Assembly (NCBI GenBank): GCA_000165345.1
Contig: CM000434.1
Location: 960,001 to 1,024,000, forward strand
Reading direction: 5' to 3'
DNA length: 64,000 nucleotides
In this document: piece after piece, positions 51,201 through 59,600 of the stretch
Layout: each line of letters starts with the position of its first letter
Numbering within the stretch: the stretch's first letter is position 1
The notes under the pieces: model-generated
Told to the model about the DNA's origin: nothing
Seen by the model: the letters and a program-made list of their open reading frames with translations, nothing else
Database searches by the model: none
Position numbers and translations under genes: made by a program

Positions 51201-53702
51201 TTATCAAATATTGTCTCAAATGCTTCAAATAGAATATTCTCAAAATGTCTTTCATCAGATGGAGGTGATTCTATTGCAAAATATAATGTTTGTGAACATA
51301 TCAAGTTTAAGAATTATAATAAAGGTTCTCCATCCACATTTTCTTTATGTACATGTATTTCAAAACCCGGTAACGTAAATAAGATTAGAGCTTATATGCA
51401 TCAAATTGGTCATACAATTGTTGGTGATTCTAAACATCTTGGTCAGAAACAACTAAGTTTGGATAGAAGATATTTTCCTAATATATTCTTTTATTGTACT
51501 CATTTGGAGATTCCTTTAATGCAAAATAATAATGTTAAAAAAGATGGTGATCATGAAATAGAGGAAAAGCGTGATGGGAATACAATAATATTGGATAGTA
51601 ATGCAATAATAAATAAAGAAAGTATTAAAGTTATGGCTCCAGTTTCAAGAGATATAATGGAACTTCTTGAGAATGATTTTGAAATTACAGAAAAGTTCTC
51701 AGATATGTACTTTTGTCATTTTTATAAGACTAATGTTGAACTTGAAAAGTTGGATAAAGCTGAAAAGACTTCACAAGTTACCCCTTCTGATGCTGATATA
51801 GAAACTAGAGTTGGGGATGATTTAGTAGAGTATAATGAAATTAAGGCTACAAATATGAAATCTGGTAATGTTATTATTAATGATGAAAAAGATAAAAGAA
51901 AATGTTCAGAAAGTACAGAAAATGATAATTTTGAGCCTCTTAGTATATCAAATACTCTGATAGCTTCTCTTCCTGGACTTGGATTTGGACTTACACCATT
52001 TCTTGGTATGCCTAATTCTCAATATGCTGCAAGTGTGAATTGTTCTCAAGATGAGAAATCATTGGAACGTAAACAAAACCAGCGATTATCATTATCTTCT
52101 TCTTCCTCCTCTTCTTCTTCCTCCTCTTCTTCCTCCTCTTCTTCTTCCTCCTCTTCTTCCTCCTCTTCCTCCTCTACTTCTTCTTCAGTTCATACTATGA
52201 TACCGCCAGATTCGGCTAGCTTATCTTCTCCAACTCCGGCATCAACTTTACATGCAAAGACAAATGCTGGAGTATTTACATCATTTGGATTTGGAAGGAA
52301 TTTTCTAACATCTTCTGTTGATAATTCAACAAACTCTGCAAGCATTGGAGGTGGGATTGGAAGAGTTGGAGGAGGAATTGGAAATATTAGAGGTGGAGGT
52401 ATATCATCTACTGGTGGTATGACAGTTAATAATACTGGTTTAAGGCATTTGGTATCTCAACACAACCAATCCGGAGGTGGAAATGGAGATGGAAGTAGTA
52501 TCATTAACAGCAATAGTAACAATAGTGGTAATAACAATAATAGTAGTTCTCTTCCTATAAAGACTCATCCAAGCTTGGTTTCTTGTCTTACAGAATTAAA
52601 CTCAAAATCAGATGGATCTGCACTGGGAATTGGACTAAGTACGAGCAATTTGGTGCCTGGAGGAGGAAATATCTTCCATCAACAAAACTTCATGCAGGGA
52701 ATAATGACAGGAGGAACAGGAGGAATAGGATTGGGAGGTATAGCAGGAAGTTTAGCAGGTGGAGCTGCAGGTGGGGTAACAGGTGGGGTTGCAGGCGGAG
52801 TGGCAGGTGGAGCTGCAGGAGGTTTAACAGGAGGTGGAGTAGCAGGAGTAGGAGTTTCACCATCACCAATTTTCCAACATCACGGGAACAATACAGCTGG
52901 AATTGTAAATAGTGGAAGATATGGAAGCTTAACAATGAACAGTGGTATTAGAATGGATGCAGGCACTGGTACGTTAGGTAATAATGCAGTACAAATGCAT
53001 CATCAACAGCATCAACAACAACAACAAAGTTCAGGGGCAAAACAGGGCTGGAATACTCAAGATCTGCTTCAAAATCCAAGATGGACTTCATCTGAAGTTA
53101 ATAACGATGGTTTTGGAGGTGGAGTCAATAGAATTGTAGGAGGAGGAGGAGGAGTCTCTGAAGAAATGAATGTAAATCAATGGAATAATGGAATTGGCGG
53201 GAATTTCAGAGCTTTAAACTCAAGAGGAATTAATAATTCTGGAGGATTAAACCTGTCAACAGTTAACTTGGTTACAGGAATAGGTATTGGCGGCAACATC
53301 GGTATCAATAGTAATATTGGTATTGGCAGTAATATTGGTAATGGAAATAGTACCACTGGATTAGGAAATATAAATGTAACAGAAGGTACCGGTATAACAA
53401 TTGGATCAGGAGTAACAATGGGACCAGGAGTAACAATAGGACCAGGAGTAACAATAGGACCAGGTTTATGGGGACAACATGCTGCCCAACAGCAACCCTC
53501 AATCATTGTTGATCCTCCGTCTCAGGGGAAACATTCGTCAATGCAACAACAAATTGGAGGAATTCCCAATATTGTCTCAAATCTACATGCCAAAAACATA
53601 CAAGACGGAATTAGTTCCCAAAGATTTGATACTTTTCCTCATGAAAGGGGTGAAACTACTGAGCATTTGGAATCTAGACAAGGAAAGAAATCTCCATTTT
53701 AA
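42285..53702 (+). CDS. Giant multidomain protein of about 3,800 aa. An N-terminal MATH/TRAF-like domain and a USP7-like ubiquitin-hydrolase-fold domain occupy about the first 1,000 aa. A long, largely low-complexity middle region follows. An RluA-family pseudouridine-synthase-like domain sits at nt 50547..51520, interrupted by an acidic insertion. The tail is poly-Ser and G-rich.
   Basis: MATH-like: 'FPIRNFWKIAKTPIDMESPQIGYCRGFYYRLLVHPRGG...SYLSVFLEA...VRFQLSVVNF'. USP-like: 'NLCAFHELAEN' (possible Cys box), 'FVHLLYHIKEFRRAIFSW', 'IIEALQKTFAYM' and a His-box-like 'YSLYGVIIKEGD...SVHQLLIRPEEDGPWFRICDGLVERL'. RluA-like: 'DDLCIILKPPFWYCPIEG' (compare LLVVNKPAGLxVHP), 'ILNQIHCQYIFLCHGQI' (compare K.YLALV.G) and 'SLCTCISKPGNVNKIRAYMHQIGHTIVGDSKHLG' (compare [33 protein letters not shown]). 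The whole frame is open with no stop under the standard code. The track's start at 42243 is a TTG; the first ATG is at 42285. Confidence 0.6.
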   Translation: MVRNGDQSLINISSTDKSDKWDLKHKNEEIPTRKVVEESSLEYYERSSRSASHFGKVYNGLYPVGPRLPSFSSSNKRSRLQSTYNEDEFSSSSANSSVINSDDKMYIDFPIRNFWKIAKTPIDMESPQIGYCRGFYYRLLVHPRGGSCNDSESSYLSVFLEALYHESYPDDWIFPNVRFQLSVVNFLDPKANITSWAHWTFSHDAMSRGWHKMVSHVRLTRAAGFVDDEGTVLIRGRAEPPFPRIWSRSPKCRPWSIWGTLPYRNASALAQYKPCITGTRQDQNQGCSDKHVITTNLCAFHELAENSNRGLLSCRAESLSSESCGISQHQLEGSLLVGSTPLSIMDRLLWSSSNLFVPTLRSQLNVDFVPAFVHLLYHIKEFRRAIFSWNPRIPKKCSTNQNPNSSERSKKHDPNHSPASFIDPQQPRTSIIEALQKTFAYMTLWPIAYSVKRSIRHSWQERIATDPSLVDDWCFSKCCKCGGEFDSYPNSPEMTDTSSLHTSNSRNGRHCASDKSIPTQSSIFKEKECLRCKLPPVPDCSWIMKALYMNDLQRIDVADPLMRFHCFIFGAIYLESAHAILQIAAHHRKSIPQNFRGSEKFANLESSEGKDEFERSELTDGEYKEFRESDERSLGSQRTRDQEQSRGQGRGQGQSQNQDQDQNQYYDHGQTQGRDMNISISSIFDLEEDLRVPTEFDNTCRVLFSSVAEDGGDCFSDYSTCCLRAKHIHSIPKAIEHYAHRFKRFPETLFIYFTPPKNAKKGELFDVPFRLEASFLLENSNVNVNTGIGVVDQDFKGIKSDNRGQNTNQQEDIQPLVTEQFQDDEVIDESTPDLKGKVRGNKEATGSESGQNTTSVVLDNNDSALCVESNDEYSLEYVSEDGFDENQDTSIQSDSQDDTTGHKSDVKSPNSENFFGSSSQYMEKWYSLYGVIIKEGDASGSNSTRSVHQLLIRPEEDGPWFRICDGLVERLIPKIEFTEWKCHGGFFCAAAVYIAEDYIDSIAAGDVMADCDIKTINPKLYQETLDLLEVSEEELQYIPSWVSTQVNTYGPNNVHLEMPSSEVDHLAMCVDIANVTVCDSTTCVFGHPLMDAGLSIDPYSLWMLVDYRWGWPLVNSYFQLQEPLVQAFSADPSVILSGRTILTPSAQKLLNSLSFKSLRDSIPKFWSLLFDIMLGPDLDSKDLDAILQVVPHLRSLSANIFLEIHRLLEEFGISEESQDLLFSQSELYSALEPDVNHCEINKDDLQDQDQDQQHDKGCLKEYLKNNITIEDKLVPYNKVKMILYPSIPSHPPSFQLNQNEITPSYNIALNFINRLHILLWPHLIHFIYELLPVAITIRLKRLLFKSSDDLLFDPRLTPEDLCARFLTESKFLLESSCCPLNLIRFCDNKQLLNAAINQVAAALDIHGSSYTAASCSLSCPTNRMIDRFASELGSSNFVVPILVYITQILLSGTLYRVSSKLLPPEALYTWPTSSSNQESLSLTGIGNLINHKDSTPSKQSTGSKKRNSSNKSSSGTASSNGLIVPNPLSEAIQHLQVNQVSFSHIDPYVFIPLHTFHAVSTPLLVNIIFENDLIGRKSFASESFLCASRVLHVNRLATVRHLYSAIRKVLYQQFLDTKISNSLDTPDVTPLDTPQSKNNNEHNTIGGRQQSSGHTHTNKKNTISNIPIPIDCEGFDLSWIPSNPLDVFCLYSLRPDTDPTRRGRLKYTYMQPNDFLENHYYGPHKSNYVTYCDVAILICVPPELKLQIPPGSQNSDHITKNSSSQMNTVSVSGVGVPGKAASLMGSISAGIGESDSDCACLYTCPSHIAHSPVCQSSRMIEKTVPKIVSPLFKAKLIDPLWSSTKFPMNDDSVAPLLIFKWFDQTTLDITLLSASICEARKSLRDCIVSWVFPRARRMGLMPQNSSKETPNADDYTVLEECHIRVCQNVRRWTSSIKKINRTTGDVFIVQKRYNNLGSSQPLISDCSFISPFISAALSSNSYSGIVDDFPPSLSRDELLAIITSMNTKKINQLGIFNTPIKGISGSNSPTVLDLKKNSLDRTWPISASPMGGDPKLTFSQFFDILKHGDDSGDFLASQIEDLDIYSYQNSSCKISMEDISSLKSGTDQGNSLNQAEKGNHSVTGVSNETTSIDLKSVTTFTNTNTVQILNANNSNQNDLSAISSNSLIGGTGVAGTSGGGSKKKKKASKKLPGIPSLQKSSIVKALNAQRRLESQSTRLVDNDSADLSGLRGRDQGQDHDQDLDHDRSQGQNQNQDQGQGQGQAQDHDQDQDQHSNQYNEEESKQDNKGNEKRKEGHKEKDVERSDIKVNNLSTALKKDANSPESMDKAGLEAKPDSSSPSSSFSYGTVSLRPEKLQKVPDELFEIALESFSGDSFSVSSLVGRLLERVICRFSEISNRKKEDSSSHISETFSDSNNRSEFLLWMNGLNDLVCNLSLIGGSKKIDQTLIQREIIQLLRRLLSTETSSQQLSSVASESLSSIIKYLEDGNLEPCFKSIIYNIPQVGSGSRSLISVPGLLKTIPKYGNNFNKESFNNYYNNMYNILVPVQQRSAILFTILLIKSLTILSPSSIIEMHLGLLPKTDYIRSNSLIKSTGYKSIKSFVLLAYFLNVFGVKDAMDVIISIQGVKGFENLLIRMASYTIGLRQYATSNFIIENIEKLHDHHPSLDWVSSLRITDKLAISEEVLKKTLETICDHFSTKSNSAFAQNKKTLDLIQNVEGIVRFSDINDFAYEQAQLLEMRKVGKDSPQILVNNDDLCIILKPPFWYCPIEGTGMDEDEQDEEDKQDEQEESVEYEEELEYKEDETDGDKIENQRNDDKKRRKVKKKLDHDNIQDENNKDEKTGIRKDLKNKVSSIIIKEEDNDSEIEVEKDNNNSNTDEFEEILNSGRMESILNFLKLRCKGIGLDLRGNEKMIKRIGLKLGVEIGGPILILKNEDMEKYYNKNEILNQIHCQYIFLCHGQIQNSSDRNVSLSNIVSNASNRIFSKCLSSDGGDSIAKYNVCEHIKFKNYNKGSPSTFSLCTCISKPGNVNKIRAYMHQIGHTIVGDSKHLGQKQLSLDRRYFPNIFFYCTHLEIPLMQNNNVKKDGDHEIEEKRDGNTIILDSNAIINKESIKVMAPVSRDIMELLENDFEITEKFSDMYFCHFYKTNVELEKLDKAEKTSQVTPSDADIETRVGDDLVEYNEIKATNMKSGNVIINDEKDKRKCSESTENDNFEPLSISNTLIASLPGLGFGLTPFLGMPNSQYAASVNCSQDEKSLERKQNQRLSLSSSSSSSSSSSSSSSSSSSSSSSSSSSTSSSVHTMIPPDSASLSSPTPASTLHAKTNAGVFTSFGFGRNFLTSSVDNSTNSASIGGGIGRVGGGIGNIRGGGISSTGGMTVNNTGLRHLVSQHNQSGGGNGDGSSIINSNSNNSGNNNNSSSLPIKTHPSLVSCLTELNSKSDGSALGIGLSTSNLVPGGGNIFHQQNFMQGIMTGGTGGIGLGGIAGSLAGGAAGGVTGGVAGGVAGGAAGGLTGGGVAGVGVSPSPIFQHHGNNTAGIVNSGRYGSLTMNSGIRMDAGTGTLGNNAVQMHHQQHQQQQQSSGAKQGWNTQDLLQNPRWTSSEVNNDGFGGGVNRIVGGGGGVSEEMNVNQWNNGIGGNFRALNSRGINNSGGLNLSTVNLVTGIGIGGNIGINSNIGIGSNIGNGNSTTGLGNINVTEGTGITIGSGVTMGPGVTIGPGVTIGPGLWGQHAAQQQPSIIVDPPSQGKHSSMQQQIGGIPNIVSNLHAKNIQDGISSQRFDTFPHERGETTEHLESRQGKKSPF
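48983..49105 (+). repeat. Coding hexanucleotide repeat (GATCAG/GGTCAG)n encoding a (DQ/GQ)n tract. A shorter copy lies at 44215..44278 in the same gene.
   Basis: Repeating 'gatcaaggtcaagatcatgatcaagat...cagggtcagggtcagggtcaa' units are visible in the sequence. Confidence 0.7.
52094..52190 (+). repeat. Coding (TCY)n microsatellite encoding a poly-serine run of about 32 residues.
   Basis: The run 'tcttcttcctcctcttcttcttcc...' is visible in the sequence and translates to S x32 in the giant ORF. Confidence 0.8.
53404..53466 (+). repeat. Three and a half tandem copies of an 18-nt unit (ggaccaggagtaacaata) encoding GPGVTI repeats.
   Basis: Near-identical consecutive 18-mers are visible in the sequence. 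Confidence 0.8.
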
Positions 53703-54220
53703 CAAGACAAAACAAAAAAATGTAACTTATAGCTTTTTCTTTTAAATTAAATATATATTTAAATTTGTCTCCCTTTTCTTTTTCTTTTTCTTCTTCTTCT
53801 TCTTCCTTATTTTTTTGGTCCTTTCAATATTTTGCATCCTCCATTTTTACATGCATGCAGAACTTTTGGCGCCACCCCACACTACCGGCATTGGATGCAT
53901 TTATTAGTAGTGGGCGAGGCACTCTAAGAGGTTTTTTTCTTTTTTTTTTTTATTATTTAAATTAAAATTCTAAAGTATTGGTAATAATAATCATAAAAAA
54001 AGTTTATATAATTATAACCACATTGATTAATATTTATTTCTAAATATTAATACTAATATTGTTTTCTATAAAATATCACTTCCTTGAATGTAATATTAAT
54101 ATCCTAATCTTCTTTCCCCTCTATATTAAAAATATTTCGAAAGAAGGGAATGAGGAAAAGTTGTTTAAGACATTAATAACTATTTGGAATAATTGTGTAT
54201 AAATAAGGGGGAAAAAAAGG

Positions 54221-56395
54221 ATGATTCCGAATGGATCAAAACTTGAGCTTGGAACTTTAGTATTAGGTTCTGAAACAGTAAGAAAAGGATGGAATGCATT
54301 TTCAACTTTAAATAATGCAATAGATGGAGTTAGAAAAGTGGCAAATGATGTAGTAGGATATAATAATTCAACAACAATAGGAAATGAGAATTATAAAGGA
54401 GAATTGGAAAATAATAAAATAGTAAGTATAATAGAGAAAATAGAAGTAGGACAGGTATATGGAAGATTAAAAAATGATTTAAAATTAATACAAATATTTG
54501 AAAGAGAAACAAAATCAATGGGAACTTTAGAAATTATTTCAATTAATAATAATTTAGACTTTTCATATTTAAATATAAGATGGAGACGAAAAATGGGTGA
54601 AAAATTAATTGATATACAAGGTAAAGATTCAAGCCTAAAATATAACTTAACAGCTGATGATGTAGGAACAATTATTATTATAGAAATATATCCAAAAGGA
54701 GAAGCAAATGATCCTTTAAATATTACATATTGTGAATTAGGACCTATAGAAATAGATGATACAACAAAGATATCTTTATCAAAATCTTTAAAAACAGGTC
54801 TTATTAGATTCCCTGTAGAAATTATAAAAGATGAATTTGAAAGCTTAATAAATCCAGAAAATTCTTCAAAAGAATTAAAAAATGATGAAGATTCAATAAT
54901 GACAAAAGATATTTTGGTAGTAACAAATGATGATGTTAAAGTAATTAAAAATGGAATGACAAGTTCAAATTCAAACTTTGAAAAGAAAATTGTATGGTCA
55001 GCAAAATACTTTGGTGGTAATATACATATTCAATTAAATCATCAATCATCATCTTGTCAAGAATTCACTCTTTGTTCTGGATACGATATTCATAAACAAA
55101 AGATATCAATTAAAACAACAAGTAGAAATGCTAGAGATATTGCAGCTTTAACAATTAGATGTTTAAATATTAGACACACAATATCATTAGAAGCTATAAT
55201 TGGAGGTGGAGTTTCCTGGATCCCAAAAAACTCAACAGTAAATGATTCAGATAATATGGAAATTGAAGAAAATAGAAAATTAAATATTTTTGCTTATATA
55301 GGACGTCTAGAAGATGAAATTGCAAATTTAGAGAATAACAAGGAAAAACTGAACGAAGATAAAAAACTTCTTCAAACTGAAAAAGCTATTTTAGAAAATG
55401 AATTAGCTGAGACAATTTCAGCTTATCAAGATATAATTTCTCAATATCAACAAGAAAAAGATACTAAAACCAATACTAACAAACAAACCAAAGAATTTAA
55501 CATAGAATTTGGGCTTGAAAAGAACACAGGAATTAAACAATCCAACAATAGTCCAAACAAAAAGTCGATTCAATCAAATTCAAATAATTCTCATAAATCT
55601 ACCTTACTACATGGTTACAGTGGTACCTATCCTATAAATAATTCAAAACAAGATGGATCTAGCAATTCAGAAAATAATAATAACTCACAGAAAAATGAAT
55701 CCATTCAACAAAATTCCACTGAAATTAATAAAATAATTGAAGAAAATGCTTCTCTTAAAGAGTCCATTTCTCAACTTAATAAAAAATTTGAAAATGAAAT
55801 TGGCGCCAAAGAGTCAATGGAGCGCATGCATGCAGAAATTGAAGAATTGCGCGGGAGATTGGAAAGGTCGGAAAAAGAAAAGGAAGACTATAAAAGATTA
55901 AATGAAAAATTAGATGGCGAAATCTTTGTTAAAAATCAAGAATTAGAGAGTATTAAGTTAGGACAATGTTTAAATTCGACTAGAAATATAGAAAAGATAC
56001 AGCAATTGGAAGATCGCATATTGGATCTTCAGAGTCAGAATTCTGAAAAACAACAAGCTATTCAAACTTTATCAACAGAAAAATCAAAGCTTCTAAAAGA
56101 CTTTTCATCATTAAAATTAGACTTTGATAAGCTTAAGGAGCAACATAATCAACTAAATAAGAGATACATAAGCTTAAATCTTGAGAATTCAAGAATTCAT
56201 GATCAAGAAAAATCATCAAAATTTGACAATGAACTCATGAATTCTGACTCTCAAAACAAAAATGACCAAGCTGTTGATATTACAAAACTAAAAAGTGAGC
56301 TTGAAGATTATAAGAAAACTAATTGTGAGCTTAACCAGACTATAACTCAACTTAAAACAAGAATACGAAGGTTAGCAATGATCAATTCTACTTAG
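54221..56395 (+). CDS. Hypothetical 724-aa protein: a globular N-terminal roughly 330 aa followed by a long coiled coil.
   Basis: ATG at 54221. The C-terminal half is heptad-rich (E/K/L/Q/N) with leucine-zipper-like spacing. Upstream motifs: CATGCATGCA at 53850..53859 and TTTTGGCGCCAC at 53865..53876. Confidence 0.5.
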   Translation: MIPNGSKLELGTLVLGSETVRKGWNAFSTLNNAIDGVRKVANDVVGYNNSTTIGNENYKGELENNKIVSIIEKIEVGQVYGRLKNDLKLIQIFERETKSMGTLEIISINNNLDFSYLNIRWRRKMGEKLIDIQGKDSSLKYNLTADDVGTIIIIEIYPKGEANDPLNITYCELGPIEIDDTTKISLSKSLKTGLIRFPVEIIKDEFESLINPENSSKELKNDEDSIMTKDILVVTNDDVKVIKNGMTSSNSNFEKKIVWSAKYFGGNIHIQLNHQSSSCQEFTLCSGYDIHKQKISIKTTSRNARDIAALTIRCLNIRHTISLEAIIGGGVSWIPKNSTVNDSDNMEIEENRKLNIFAYIGRLEDEIANLENNKEKLNEDKKLLQTEKAILENELAETISAYQDIISQYQQEKDTKTNTNKQTKEFNIEFGLEKNTGIKQSNNSPNKKSIQSNSNNSHKSTLLHGYSGTYPINNSKQDGSSNSENNNNSQKNESIQQNSTEINKIIEENASLKESISQLNKKFENEIGAKESMERMHAEIEELRGRLERSEKEKEDYKRLNEKLDGEIFVKNQELESIKLGQCLNSTRNIEKIQQLEDRILDLQSQNSEKQQAIQTLSTEKSKLLKDFSSLKLDFDKLKEQHNQLNKRYISLNLENSRIHDQEKSSKFDNELMNSDSQNKNDQAVDITKLKSELEDYKKTNCELNQTITQLKTRIRRLAMINST

Positions 56396-56627
56396 ATTTT
56401 AAACTTCTATCTTTTTCTTTAAGTCCAATTATCTCCAAATATTTATAAATCTATTTCTTATTTATTTATTATAGTTATTTAATTATTAAATAGTCCATTT
56501 ATTTATTTGTCCACCTTTTTTTACCTTTATATTTTGTGGCCTCACTTTTTGGCGCCAAGTGTGAATATTCATCTTTAAAGCTTTATTATGAACAGAAATC
56601 TATAGTTATGCAGACAAAGTGAAGAAT

Positions 56628-59600
56628 ATGCAAAGGGATGTAAATTTGAGGAGATACATTCTCCAAGTATTTTCTTCTCCAAATGTCGTAGCATTTGCTT
56701 CTGAAAAAGCCAGGAATATATTGGATAATGAATTTGGAGTATCACTTAATTCATTATTAAGGCCTCTTGGCGTGGAATCACCTTCAAAGTTTCTATGGCC
56801 TCCAAATGAAACTTCTAAAAGAAGTGAAGAATATACTTTAGATTATAACTGGCAAAATAGAATATGTAGAGAAAGTTGTCCAGCCTTCTTGTCTTTAAAA
56901 GAGGTATTCCAAAATAAACCAAAAGGATCACCAAATATATGGACTCCTCAAAATACTATTGAGGAAATTACTATTACTATGCAAGATAAAGAATATAGAA
57001 ATGATCATTTTGAGGTTAGATTTATATCTCTTTGTGATCATGAAAAAATCATACCGGAAAATGATAATCAAACAATATATTGTACAAATTTGGAAGCAAT
57101 AAAGTCTTATGGAGACTTTATTAAACAATTTCCATATAATGATCTTATTTCATCTAGTCTCCTTTATAGTGGAGGAAAGCAATTTGAATCAATGTTTAAA
57201 GAGTTTCTACAAGATGATTTTGAAATTAATGTTAATGATGATGTTATAGAATTTAATAGTGAATTACCTTTTTGGTTTGAAAGATGGTTAGAAGCTTTTA
57301 ATGAAAAATTCAACTTTTTAAATCATGAAAGTATATCTCAGCCTATAGGGGGTATCGTATTTGTTGATATTTCAGAAGATGATCCAATAGAATCTATTAT
57401 TGAAATTACTAATTCACTTAAAACTGGTAAAAATTTTGAAAAACTTGGAGGAAATCCTGGATACTATCTTTTTGGTAAAAAAAGTCATTTAGGATTCATC
57501 AATCATTCTAATTATTTATCCGATACCTGTAAGATCACGAAACCACATTATTTACAAGAATCATATTTGAATGATTTTCCACTCATTTATATATTTATTA
57601 ACGATGAAAAGTCGAATTTTGATTTAATGGAAACTGATCATAATATTATTTCAAGCTTTAAACTTTCATTTCCAGAAAGTATTTGTTATATTTGGAACAT
57701 TAAAGGTCATAATGCTTTGGGAGAAATTCAAGATCCAAGTAAAATTGTTTGGCCTGGAACGTTTTCACATCCATTTAAGGATTTTAATCCAACATTTTCT
57801 GCTAATAGATTCTTTGATTGTAATGAAATGGAACAACTTAATAGCTTTATTATTGATTCAATCAAAAATAGCTTTGTTCCTTGGTTAGAAGATACTATTA
57901 ATAGACTATGTAATCATGTAATTCAGTCAAGAAAAGGACTAAAAAATCATCTAAGAATTCTTTGGAGAAGACCTAGAAATGATACTAGTTCAAATTCAGA
58001 TGGACTACTTTCTAATCTTGGAGTTGGTTCAACATTTAGTAATATAGAAGAAAGATCACAAATTTTTGAACATGAAATCTCACTTTTCTCTTCTAAATCT
58101 AGTTCAAATGGAAATAATAGTTATAAAGGATCAAATACATCTACATGTGTATATTATTCTTCAGGATCTCTTGAAGGTCAAACAAGATTAGTTGCAGATC
58201 TATGTTTAGTATCAGGAATTTATTCTCAATCAATACATTATTATAAGCAGATATTGTCAGAATATAAGTTGGATAAATCATTCTTACATATTGGATCAGC
58301 ATTTTTCTCAATGGCAATTGCTGAGATACTTTCAGATTTTGATCTTGAGACGGTAACTGAATATTGTACAAATTCTTCAAATTCATTCTTAAAAAGTACT
58401 GATGAAATTGGTACTATTTCTGCTATTAAATCACTATTATTTCTCAGTTTGGTGATTTTAAACTCATTCAATTATAAAAAGAGATCTCAAGATCATATTA
58501 CAACTCAGGATGTTAATTCTTTTATGATCAATAATGTATGTAAGAATATTGTAAATGCTTTATCAAAGATATCTAATGAATTTCAAATTTCCCAACCAAA
58601 TCTAAGACCAAGATCTCTTTTCTCAATTAATAAGATGGATTCTCAAGATCATTCAAAAGATTCCATTACTAATCAATATTTATCAGATCTTAAATCGATA
58701 TCCGATATATCAAATATTTATAGAGAAAATTGTATTTTAAGTATATTTGGAGTAATAAACTATGTAATTTCAAGAGTTTTGTATTTATCATCAAGCTTAT
58801 CAAATTTGAACTTTAGAATTCACTTAGATCCAATAAATCTTTCACATTGTTGGAGTATCCATACAGCTCAAGCTGCTCAAGTTTTTCAAGATCTTGGACT
58901 TTTTGGAATATCTCTTAAACATTATTTAACAATTCTTCTTCATATGGATAGATTTTCATATAAACATATTCATAGATACCTTAAATTAAATTCTGCAAGA
59001 CTTTGTCAAAAACTTTCTTTACTTGCTCAATCAACTTTACTTTATTCAAGCTTAATACTAGATATTATTAATGATAAGATCTCATCAAATAATGTGATCC
59101 ATTCTAATCAAAATTCTAACCCCGAAACTTTATGGTTTCAAACTAATGAATCCAACTCTTTATCATTAGTTAATGAACAAGAAATTGAAATCAGTTTAAT
59201 TTGCTATAGAGAATTCATTCGATCTTTTGTAATATATAAACAAGGAGGATTAAAATCTATTACTCCAAGTTCAGAACAAAATGAATTATTTTCAACAATT
59301 TTATCAAATAAATTTTCAAATTTATCACTTTCTCAAACTCCAAGTACATTCCTTAAAATCCCACTTCCTCTCCTACTTGCTGTTGGAGCAGTACTTATTC
59401 TTGAGACGGACTATGAATCACTATTTAAAGCATTTGGAAAGAAAGAAAACAATACAATAAATCAAACAAAATGTACTTGTAATGAAAAAATTCCAAATAT
59501 ACTTGATCAAAAAAAGTTTTGTAATCATTATTTTAAACCTATGAATATAGAGGTACCGGGTACCATATTAAGATCGAGATCACAAAATGAAAATTTTCAA

